A stretch of 62,833 bases of DNA from a virus (Duplodnaviria; Caudoviricetes): positions 1-62,833 of IMG/VR virus record IMGVR_UViG_3300006752_000028, one strand, 5' to 3'. Numbering within the stretch: the first letter of the stretch is position 1; each line of letters starts with the position of its first letter. A program made the position numbers and the translations under genes. Positions 26,059 to 34,196 of this stretch are shown here, piece after piece. The notes below the pieces were generated by a model. It searched no databases and was not told where the DNA came from. It was given only the letters and a program-made list of their open reading frames with translations.

Positions 26059-27036
26059 TTAAAATGCGTTAGACCAGTCAATATGACCTTTACTGTAATT
26101 TGTAACTCTGCTTGCAAAGAAATCGGTCTGTTGTTTACCAGCTATAACTGCATCAAACCATTTCATAGTTTTTAAAGCACCTTTATCAATATCTTCTGAT
26201 GGTACGATAGGTGTAAGACCTAAATCTGCCATTTTAGTATTTATTCTATGTTTGATAAAGTTTTTAAGCTCATTTTTAGTTAAGTTTTCTAGGTCTCCTA
26301 ATTCAAATACTTTATCTATAAAATCAAACTCTAATCTCATCATCATTTCAGCTGCTTCTTCTATCTCAGCTATAAGCTTAGGTGTTTTAAATTCTGGATG
26401 TTCTTTCATTAAGGTTCTAAATAACCAACACCCAGCATCAGAATGTAATGATTCATCTCTAACAGACCACTCTACTATCTGTCCAACTCCTTTTAGTTTG
26501 TTTCTCATCTTAAAAGATAATAAGACTGCAAATGAACTAAATAAATTAACTCCTTCTGTAAACGCGGAAAAAATTGCTAATGATTTAGCTCTTTCATGCC
26601 AATTAGGGGTACCATCATGGTGATCTCTAACACTCATTAACGTTTCTATCTTAGCCATAGTAGCTTCATCTTCTAAAAATTCTGAGAAGTCATCTAATCC
26701 TAATTGTTCGTTTAATAAAGAGTATGCTTCAGCATGAATCGTTTCACTAGACCCTAAAGTAGTACCCATCATAATAATTTCAGGTTTTCTGAACCACTTA
26801 GTAACTAGTGTTGACCAGTAATCATTAACCACAGTTTCAGTTTGTGCAAAACCTTTTAGTATCTGTCCTACGACGTTCTTTTCGTTGTCTTTCATATTAG
26901 ACTTCCAATCAGTTACGTCGTTCGCCATCGGCACTTCTGTATGCAGCCAGTGAGCTTGTTGTTGTTTTAGCCAGTAATCGTATGCTTGTGGGTATTCAAA
27001 CGGTTTGTAAACTACCCTTTCTTTAAGTAAACTCAT
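26059..27036 (-). CDS. nrdB: Class Ia ribonucleotide reductase beta subunit
   Basis: ETIHAEAY, EGVNLFSSF, RDESLH, DFFA.RVTNY. Confidence 0.96.
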   Translation of the reverse strand: MSLLKERVVYKPFEYPQAYDYWLKQQQAHWLHTEVPMANDVTDWKSNMKDNEKNVVGQILKGFAQTETVVNDYWSTLVTKWFRKPEIIMMGTTLGSSETIHAEAYSLLNEQLGLDDFSEFLEDEATMAKIETLMSVRDHHDGTPNWHERAKSLAIFSAFTEGVNLFSSFAVLLSFKMRNKLKGVGQIVEWSVRDESLHSDAGCWLFRTLMKEHPEFKTPKLIAEIEEAAEMMMRLEFDFIDKVFELGDLENLTKNELKNFIKHRINTKMADLGLTPIVPSEDIDKGALKTMKWFDAVIAGKQQTDFFASRVTNYSKGHIDWSNAF

Positions 27037-27125
27037 ATATCTTTATATATTATTAGGTTGTTGAGACAATGAATCCCCAAGAGTCAGTCAGAAAGATCTT
27101 GAGGATACTTTTATAAATATGCCTC

Positions 27126-28484
27126 TTATTCATTATTACTTTGTTCTACACTAAAAAATTTCTTTGCAAGCTCTTTATGGGTAGAAGTAACGCCATTAGC
27201 ATTAGGCTCTAGATCTTCCATATCAGCTTTTCCTTCGAATTCAATATGTCCATTATTAGTATCCATCTTAAGGTTATACGTCATCCCGTCCATACCGTAT
27301 CTATTTTTCATAACATGCCATCGACCTGTACCTAGCACTTTATCTTCTTTCATTCTAGATAAAGAGAAACACATATCTGCTACCATCATTTTATCATACG
27401 AACCAGCAGCTTTATCTCCTTCAATTACAGAATCCTTAGCACCCATTCTATTTACTTGAGAAGGAGTAATTACTGGTATCTGGAATTCTTTAGCTAATCC
27501 TTTAGTAGCGATAAATACATCGTCAATTTCATCTTTACGTTCTGAGAATTTACCTTTAGAGGGAGCTCTTAAATAATCAACATAATCAATAACAATTAAA
27601 TCTGGTTTATGTTCCATATCTATACATTTCTGTATATGAGATTTTATAGTATTAACAGTTGCTCCTTTAGGTGGATATTCTTTTACTATAAGTTTACCTT
27701 TCAAGCCGTCAACTTTTTTCTGTACGTCTTTTCTATGGCTATTTACCTCATCTATAGAGTAACCTGTAAAGTAACAATCAAATCGTTTACCGACATAATC
27801 TTCTCCTAATTCTAAAGTGTAATAATTAACGTTATAACCCATCTTTACTGCATGAGCAGCCATTGCTACACAAGTCCAACTTTTTCCACCTCCTGGGTTA
27901 CCAAATACAATAGCTAAATCTCCTGGTCCAAAACCACCTTGTATACCTTCGTTAAGAACCGGCCAAGGAGTAGGTATAGTTGGTCTATAGTTCTCTCTAT
28001 ATCTACTTTCTATATCCTTATTATACTCATGTCCAATATTTTTATCCATACCAGCTTTCATAGCTTTCTCTACTACATTTCTGATACCGTCAAAATCACC
28101 TTCTTTAAGTAAATCAGCAGAATTAAGTATTGCTGCTTTCATTTCTTGATTCTTACAGAAGTTAGTAAACTCTTCTTGAACGTACTCTAAATCATCTTGG
28201 GAAGCAGCATAAGAATTTCTCAATTCCTCTTTTAATGCTACTTGAAGGATGTCGTTATCTAGTTTTTGAAGCTCTACTTTCAAAACATCCATAGTCACAG
28301 TAGTGTGGTAATTATCGAAATATCTCATAATTTCGTTAATAATCCACTTATGTGCATCTGAATCGAAGTAGTCTTCAGTTAAAACATCTCTTACGTTTAA
28401 TAAGAACGTTTTATCTGTCAATAATGACCCTAAAACTTTTAATTGAAACCCCTTTCCGTATTGTTGTAAACTCTTTAATGTCAT
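27126..28484 (-). CDS. dnaB: Replicative DnaB/gp41-like helicase
   Basis: GNPGGGKS, IVIDYVD, PSQVNR, KNRYG. Confidence 0.93.
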   Translation of the reverse strand: MTLKSLQQYGKGFQLKVLGSLLTDKTFLLNVRDVLTEDYFDSDAHKWIINEIMRYFDNYHTTVTMDVLKVELQKLDNDILQVALKEELRNSYAASQDDLEYVQEEFTNFCKNQEMKAAILNSADLLKEGDFDGIRNVVEKAMKAGMDKNIGHEYNKDIESRYRENYRPTIPTPWPVLNEGIQGGFGPGDLAIVFGNPGGGKSWTCVAMAAHAVKMGYNVNYYTLELGEDYVGKRFDCYFTGYSIDEVNSHRKDVQKKVDGLKGKLIVKEYPPKGATVNTIKSHIQKCIDMEHKPDLIVIDYVDYLRAPSKGKFSERKDEIDDVFIATKGLAKEFQIPVITPSQVNRMGAKDSVIEGDKAAGSYDKMMVADMCFSLSRMKEDKVLGTGRWHVMKNRYGMDGMTYNLKMDTNNGHIEFEGKADMEDLEPNANGVTSTHKELAKKFFSVEQSNNE

Positions 28485-28501
28485 ATTATAACCTTTATTT
28501 C

Positions 28502-28530
28502 AATATAGTTAATTTTAATTTAATAAGCAA
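28502..28530 (-). promoter_or_regulatory. Promoter TTG-N20-TATATT
   Basis: Consensus motif. Confidence 0.65.
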
Positions 28531-28564
28531 CTGTTTTAGTGTATATGTTTACTAAAAAAGCAGT

Positions 28565-29593
28565 TTATTTTACTGTTGTAAGCCCTCTAAAGTTCTCCAA
28601 CCATCCTTCGGTATTTTTTGTAATACCTTCAATTTTATCCTGCTCTAACTGCCTTAGAAAAGCACCTGTTTGCAAGTCCGGAAGTGATGCTCTAAGAACA
28701 TCCATAACATACTCTTTCTCTTTATCGTCTAAATCAGAGACATTCAAGTCCATAAGTTTAAAGTTGGTTTCAACTCTATCCCATTCCGTTATTATCTTAG
28801 GAAATATTTTCTTAAACTTTTTCTCTTCTAATTTTTCAGCACATATATCGTATACGTACTCTAGACTCATATTAGGTTCTTTAGCTAGTTTCGGAAACTC
28901 TGAAAGTATAGTTTTTATACCTAATCCTTTTACTCCTGCTAAATTATCGGAATTATCCCCTAATAACGCTTTAACTATGTTGTAATTCTCTGGTAATACC
29001 TTAAGTTCATCAAATATATTACTCTCAGTAAAGGTTTTCTTTTTTATTGGTGCATATACTTCTACAGTATCGTCCACTAACTGCAAAAAATCCTTATCTG
29101 ATGAAATAATCGTACACTTTTTGACATTACTTACTGAAGCTCTTTTGGCAATATATGCTATTATATCGTCTGCTTCTAATTTCTCCATCATTAACTGTTG
29201 TACTGGTAGACAGTCTAGATAGTCTTGCGTTCTATGCAATTGTCCTATAAGAGCTTCCATTTCCTCCTGTTTACTGTCGTAAAGTCCCCAGTGTGTTATT
29301 CTACTGGTTGCTCTTTGAGCTTTGTAATTAGGGTCAATGTTCTTTCTATTAGCAGAACCTCCTTTACCGTCCCAAACTATAATTACTCTGGTAGGATCAA
29401 ATATTCTGGTAACATACCCTAAAGAGCGAAGGAAGCCCACCAGGCCTCCGATATGTGCGCCTGATGGGTTCATCGCCTTGAGAAGAGAGAAACTACGAAT
29501 TAACATATTCATAGCATCTACGATCAAGATATGATCGTTCAACTCACGGGGTGGGGTCTCTTTTAAATTGTTAAGTATATTTTCGTATGCCAT
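28565..29593 (-). CDS. 5'-3' exonuclease / flap endonuclease (RNase H-like)
   Basis: IVDAMN, YKAQR, LEADDIIA, SSDKDFLQL, LGDNSDNLAGVKGLG. Confidence 0.95.
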   Translation of the reverse strand: MAYENILNNLKETPPRELNDHILIVDAMNMLIRSFSLLKAMNPSGAHIGGLVGFLRSLGYVTRIFDPTRVIIVWDGKGGSANRKNIDPNYKAQRATSRITHWGLYDSKQEEMEALIGQLHRTQDYLDCLPVQQLMMEKLEADDIIAYIAKRASVSNVKKCTIISSDKDFLQLVDDTVEVYAPIKKKTFTESNIFDELKVLPENYNIVKALLGDNSDNLAGVKGLGIKTILSEFPKLAKEPNMSLEYVYDICAEKLEEKKFKKIFPKIITEWDRVETNFKLMDLNVSDLDDKEKEYVMDVLRASLPDLQTGAFLRQLEQDKIEGITKNTEGWLENFRGLTTVK

Positions 29594-30666
29594 TAATCTA
29601 GTAAATTAGGAGATATTGGTGTTTCTTCTAAATCTCCTTCTTCAATAAGATCAAAGTCTACAGATCCAACTAATTTTAGCCAGTGAGCTTTATGAGCATC
29701 TCTATACTTATCAATTGCTTTCTTATCATCTTCAATAAAGCCGTGTTGAGTCATTACAATTCTACCTCTAGATTGTACTCCTCCGATATGGTTTTTCTCT
29801 ACTTGAACGTTAGTACGTTTAGCAAACTCAACTTGCATACCATTTTTAATTGCTTTAATTTTAGAAGTTCCTGGATTGGTGATATTACCAAAAGTAATTA
29901 CTAGAGTAGCATCGTACCACATAGACATACCTCCTTTATTTTGCAATTTAGGTTGTCCCATAGGGTGTTCTGGTTTCATAGTCCAGACTTTATTAATAGC
30001 TACCATAGTATTTGTATATGGTGAATTCTCTTTTCTAGATAATAGAATCTTTTGGTTAAGATTATTACCAAATTGAGTAGACATCGCACCAGCATTCCAT
30101 TCGTTGTTATTCTTATTAGAACGTACTGATAAGTCACAAGGTACAGATCCGATACTATCCCAGAAGAAACACATATCATAAGGTAAGTTACCTTTAGCTT
30201 GTTCGTCCATAAGATCAGCAATATAAACTGCTACATCTTCGATAGTATTTAATTGACCTCTATCTGCATATAGAAAATGTCCTTCGTAATCCGTAACATT
30301 GCCTTGCTCGTCTTTAGTTTCTTCAAACTGTAAGCCCATTTCTTTAGCATGATCCCAAGACCATTTCATCTCCGTAATGATGAAGACAGGCAGTATACCC
30401 ATTTTTTGGGCATTGACTGCTGCTTCAATTAGAGCTGTTGTTTTTCCAGTATCACTATGTCCTCTCAGAAGAGTTATGTGACCAGTTGGAATACCGGGAA
30501 GAGAGGTAATGTCTTGAAAAGCTTTAGATAAAGGAATCCATCCTTGTTCTTTAAACTTTACGGAAGCATTCGAAAAACCTTTTTTCTTTTTAAAATTTCC
30601 TAAATTAAACGACTTCTGTACAGCAGCAGTCGCTCTTGCTTTTACTTCTTCTTTCTTTTTTGCCAT
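29593..30666 (-). CDS. RecA/UvsX-like recombinase
   Basis: GIPTGHITLLRGHSDTGKTT, FWDSIG, KGGMSMWY, VEKNH. Confidence 0.9.
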   Translation of the reverse strand: MAKKKEEVKARATAAVQKSFNLGNFKKKKGFSNASVKFKEQGWIPLSKAFQDITSLPGIPTGHITLLRGHSDTGKTTALIEAAVNAQKMGILPVFIITEMKWSWDHAKEMGLQFEETKDEQGNVTDYEGHFLYADRGQLNTIEDVAVYIADLMDEQAKGNLPYDMCFFWDSIGSVPCDLSVRSNKNNNEWNAGAMSTQFGNNLNQKILLSRKENSPYTNTMVAINKVWTMKPEHPMGQPKLQNKGGMSMWYDATLVITFGNITNPGTSKIKAIKNGMQVEFAKRTNVQVEKNHIGGVQSRGRIVMTQHGFIEDDKKAIDKYRDAHKAHWLKLVGSVDFDLIEEGDLEETPISPNLLD

Positions 30667-30668
30667 GT

Positions 30669-31466
30669 TTATTCGTTAAATAGATCATCAAATTTACTTA
30701 CTGTGTCTTTGTTGCCAGCCGTAGCTGTTTCCAAAGTAAAGTCCGTTTTTTGTTGACCTAAGCTTTCTGGCAGTTTATCTTTAGCAGGTGTTTCAGTCGT
30801 TTCGTCTCCTGAACCTGGGTTTAGATAATTTTGAAGTTGTTTTTTAATAAAGTCATAATCATATTGACTATGTACCTCTACTGGGTTAGGTTGAGTTTTT
30901 AACCAAGTATCCACTAAATCGTTATTATCTGATAAAGGAGTTTGTTTAGGTTTAATTCTAACTGTAGTTTCAGGGTAAGGGTTACCTTGAGCTTGTTCAA
31001 CTACCATATCCCATCCGTTGATTACATCTGTAAAATCTCCGATGTCTTCATCTTCTGCTAAAGCTAATAAAGCTTTATAAATAGTAATTCCGAATCCCCA
31101 AAGTCGAACTCCTTTGTCCTCCTCTCCTCTAACGATTACTGGGGCAAATATCCTAGTTTTAGGACTGATTTTCCCTGATAGAGACCAGTTATCTTTATCA
31201 TTCGTTTTTCTTAACTCTTTAACAAACTCTTCAATAGGGTCTTGCTTACCAAAGTTAGATAGTGCTACCATCGGATACTTTCCGATTCCGTAGTGAAATT
31301 TCAATTCCTTAAAAGGAAATGCAGGGTCAAAAGCAGACGGTACAATACGTAACGTTTGTTTGCCCAGTTGTGGTTTCCAAAAAATCTTGGAGTAGTCAGT
31401 CTTTTCTCTATCCTGACCGTTGTTGTTTAAGGCATCTAGTTTAGCCTTGATTGCATTAATATCCAT
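30669..31466 (-). CDS. Single-stranded DNA-binding protein (gp32-like)
   Basis: FWKP..G...RIVP, GVRLWGFG, acidic tail ending KFDDLFNE; context next to recombinase. Confidence 0.8.
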   Translation of the reverse strand: MDINAIKAKLDALNNNGQDREKTDYSKIFWKPQLGKQTLRIVPSAFDPAFPFKELKFHYGIGKYPMVALSNFGKQDPIEEFVKELRKTNDKDNWSLSGKISPKTRIFAPVIVRGEEDKGVRLWGFGITIYKALLALAEDEDIGDFTDVINGWDMVVEQAQGNPYPETTVRIKPKQTPLSDNNDLVDTWLKTQPNPVEVHSQYDYDFIKKQLQNYLNPGSGDETTETPAKDKLPESLGQQKTDFTLETATAGNKDTVSKFDDLFNE

Positions 31467-31498
31467 ATATAACTAATTTTTAAATGTATTACTCTATT

Positions 31499-31527
31499 AA
31501 TATAAGAATAAAAAATCAATTATCCAA
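31499..31527 (-). promoter_or_regulatory. Promoter TTG-N20-TATATT
   Basis: Consensus motif. Confidence 0.7.
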
Positions 31528-31971
31528 CTCTATTATGTTAAATAATTTAGTATTTATCCTTTTTAATTCTGGTCCTTTGGTTAAAAGTACACAGTTTCTG
31601 TAATCCGCCCAATTTATTCTGTAAGAAGAGTCAAGCTGTCCGCCATTGAGCTGTTTTATGAGTGTATTAAGAGCATTGATTGTGTAGAGGGTATTTGTTT
31701 CTTTCTTTCTATGAACTAAGATAGTATTATCTAAGAAAGCTGAGACATTACCGAAATCAACGTTATAAGTACATATATATTCATCTTGACTTTTAGAATA
31801 AAGTACAAAGATCTTATTATATATAATCTTATATCTTTCCTGTATTGAAGTAAGGACGTTTTCTAAATTCTCTTGGGTCGAAAACGTACAGAACAATTTG
31901 TTACTCATATCACCACTTAAAAAAATGTCGTCGAAATCATAATCGACTGAAAAATCCGTATCTACTCGCAT
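31516..31971 (-). CDS. Hypothetical replication-module protein (true start may be MSNKLFCTF)
   Basis: ORF between PolA-like gene and SSB. Confidence 0.75.
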   Translation of the reverse strand: MRVDTDFSVDYDFDDIFLSGDMSNKLFCTFSTQENLENVLTSIQERYKIIYNKIFVLYSKSQDEYICTYNVDFGNVSAFLDNTILVHRKKETNTLYTINALNTLIKQLNGGQLDSSYRINWADYRNCVLLTKGPELKRINTKLFNIIELDN

Positions 31972-31992
31972 TTATTATAAATATAAACTGTT

Positions 31993-33318
31993 CTACAAAA
32001 CTAAATTTTTATTGTACTTAAATTTAACTGGATATTTTTTACCGCTTTCTAATATATCTTTCAGTTCATTTAAAGTCTCTTTGCCGTCTTCTTTACTAAA
32101 ATCAAATAAGATAGCATCATATGTATAAAGCGATATTTTAGTCTTTTTATTTCTTAAGTATCGCAGTACTTCTTTCAATATAAGAATATTATTTGAGGTT
32201 TCCAACGATTGCATCATATAATTCATTAGCTTAGCTGGATGAGTGTCTTTAAGGTTGGTAGTAAACGGTTTTCCAGATTGAGGATTACTCACTACTCCTA
32301 TTTCTTTATAGACTGCCCACATGTTATCAATATATTCCTGTATTAATTTAAATATTTTTAAATTTTTATGTTCTTCTGGTATTTTACCGTATATGGCTTG
32401 AAAATTAATTTGTTTAGCTTCAATATACTGTTCATCTGTAATATCTTCAGTTCCAAAGTAATGTTTTGCTAGTTGCTTATGAGCAGACTCAGGGGTAAGT
32501 TCATATCCAATCTGATTACAAAGTAACCTAAGGTGATAACCATCAAAATCAAACTCAACAAAGTAATCATTGGTCGGGTGGAAACAGTTTCGATGCTGCT
32601 CACTTTTAGGTATAGCAGCGAAATTAACGCTGTTGAAAGCATTAGTAGGTCTAGAAGTTGCATTATATAAATTATAAAAGGTTAAAACTTTATTGTTCTT
32701 AATATTGTATACGGGATCTCTTGGAGTAAAGTTCTCCAGGAATTTATCATAATCTATTCCAATTCCATGTTGCTCTAATAAGAAAAACACATTAGTTGCT
32801 ATAGAGTTATAAAAATCAAATCCAGCAGGGATTTCAATATCTAATACAGTACTTACCGCTTCATATGCTTTTTCACAAACTTCGAAATGTTTAGATATAG
32901 GTATTAGTTTATTAATATGTGGAAACTCCCTAAATTTATTATAAAAATAATTAACTGTGGAATTAGTTTTAGTTATGTCCAATCTTTCGTATTTTACCAT
33001 ACTATAGACTAAAGATATATCTATTGCTCCCTGTAAATTAAAATGATAGAGTAATTTTTTCTTATCTAATGTATATAGTTTATTGCATTTAGAAAGAATA
33101 TCGTAGATACGTTGTTTATCTACATTAATACATTCTTCGTGGTCTATAGGAATTATATAGCCGTGTTGACTTTTTAGTATTCTTATATAGACTGCTACTG
33201 TAGTTGTTAATTTAGGGTGATAAAGATCGTGTGTAGGTATAATATCTACATAGCAGCCAAGCCTCATTAGCTTTTCTAAGCGTTCTAACTTATAAGATTC
33301 TTCAACTATATAAAACAT
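31993..33318 (-). CDS. Second, compact and divergent family A DNA polymerase-like protein
   Basis: ATSRP, motif A VEFDFDGYHLRL, motif B AKQINFQAIYG, NYMMQS, motif C YTYDAILFD. Confidence 0.8.
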   Translation of the reverse strand: MFYIVEESYKLERLEKLMRLGCYVDIIPTHDLYHPKLTTTVAVYIRILKSQHGYIIPIDHEECINVDKQRIYDILSKCNKLYTLDKKKLLYHFNLQGAIDISLVYSMVKYERLDITKTNSTVNYFYNKFREFPHINKLIPISKHFEVCEKAYEAVSTVLDIEIPAGFDFYNSIATNVFFLLEQHGIGIDYDKFLENFTPRDPVYNIKNNKVLTFYNLYNATSRPTNAFNSVNFAAIPKSEQHRNCFHPTNDYFVEFDFDGYHLRLLCNQIGYELTPESAHKQLAKHYFGTEDITDEQYIEAKQINFQAIYGKIPEEHKNLKIFKLIQEYIDNMWAVYKEIGVVSNPQSGKPFTTNLKDTHPAKLMNYMMQSLETSNNILILKEVLRYLRNKKTKISLYTYDAILFDFSKEDGKETLNELKDILESGKKYPVKFKYNKNLVL

Positions 33319-33336
33319 TATTATAACCTTTTATAT

Positions 33337-33364
33337 AATATAAGAAAAATAAATTGAATTACAA
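33337..33364 (-). promoter_or_regulatory. Promoter TTG-N19-TATATT
   Basis: Consensus motif. Confidence 0.65.
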
Positions 33365-33365
33365 A

Positions 33366-34196
33366 CTAATAATAATTATTTGCTGAATTACTTGTTAAAT
33401 TGCTGTTGCCCATTGATTGATTGTCAGGGTCATTCATTACTTCATCAAAGGATTGGTTTAATCCGCCGCCGCCTCCACCGGTTGATCCTCCACCAGATGG
33501 AGAATTAGATTGTGAGATAGGGAGAGCTGGTGTATTATCTACAGGCTCTGGTCTTAGGAATGCTCTTGGTTTAACTTTTGGAGGTCTCTGTATGTTAGGT
33601 CTCTGTTGCTTAATTATTCTGATCTTCTCTTTTTTAGGTAAATCTTCAAATTTAAATCCTTTTACATCAGATTCTATATTAACGAATTTATCATACTCTG
33701 TAATATATGTATCTAACCCTGTGATATTAAAAGATATTTCTTTTGTGTTTGCTTTATTTCTAGTTATTGCTCCTTTATATAAATAACCTTGGTTAAATAT
33801 ATCTTTTGCTGGTTTAGTTAAAATCCATTTCAATACATCTCCTTTGTAGTATTTCTTTTTAATTAGTTTTGTATAGTTAACTTTTTTTACTTCTATAATT
33901 TTACCTGTTGTAAAGTTTTTAAGAAAGTATCTAAACATGAATCCTCTATTATAATCTTCAGGAGTAGGGAATACTGTTTCAGACTCAAAAGGAATTGTTT
34001 TCTTTCCATTAAAGATAATATCATTGTTATCTACTGAAATTAATTCTAAACCGGTATCTGTAGGAGATTCACCTGCATATAACTTACCGGTATTTGTTTC
34101 AACATATGGACCTTGGTACTCTTGTCCAGTCCCTTTGAATGCAAACATTCCTAGTTTAGCAAATTTTAACAGGTATTTAAATACAGGTAGCCACAT
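33366..34196 (-). CDS. Hypothetical (baseplate-region) protein
   Basis: Coupled to hub gene; PTPEDYNRGFMFRYF motif. Confidence 0.7.
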   Translation of the reverse strand: MWLPVFKYLLKFAKLGMFAFKGTGQEYQGPYVETNTGKLYAGESPTDTGLELISVDNNDIIFNGKKTIPFESETVFPTPEDYNRGFMFRYFLKNFTTGKIIEVKKVNYTKLIKKKYYKGDVLKWILTKPAKDIFNQGYLYKGAITRNKANTKEISFNITGLDTYITEYDKFVNIESDVKGFKFEDLPKKEKIRIIKQQRPNIQRPPKVKPRAFLRPEPVDNTPALPISQSNSPSGGGSTGGGGGGLNQSFDEVMNDPDNQSMGNSNLTSNSANNYY

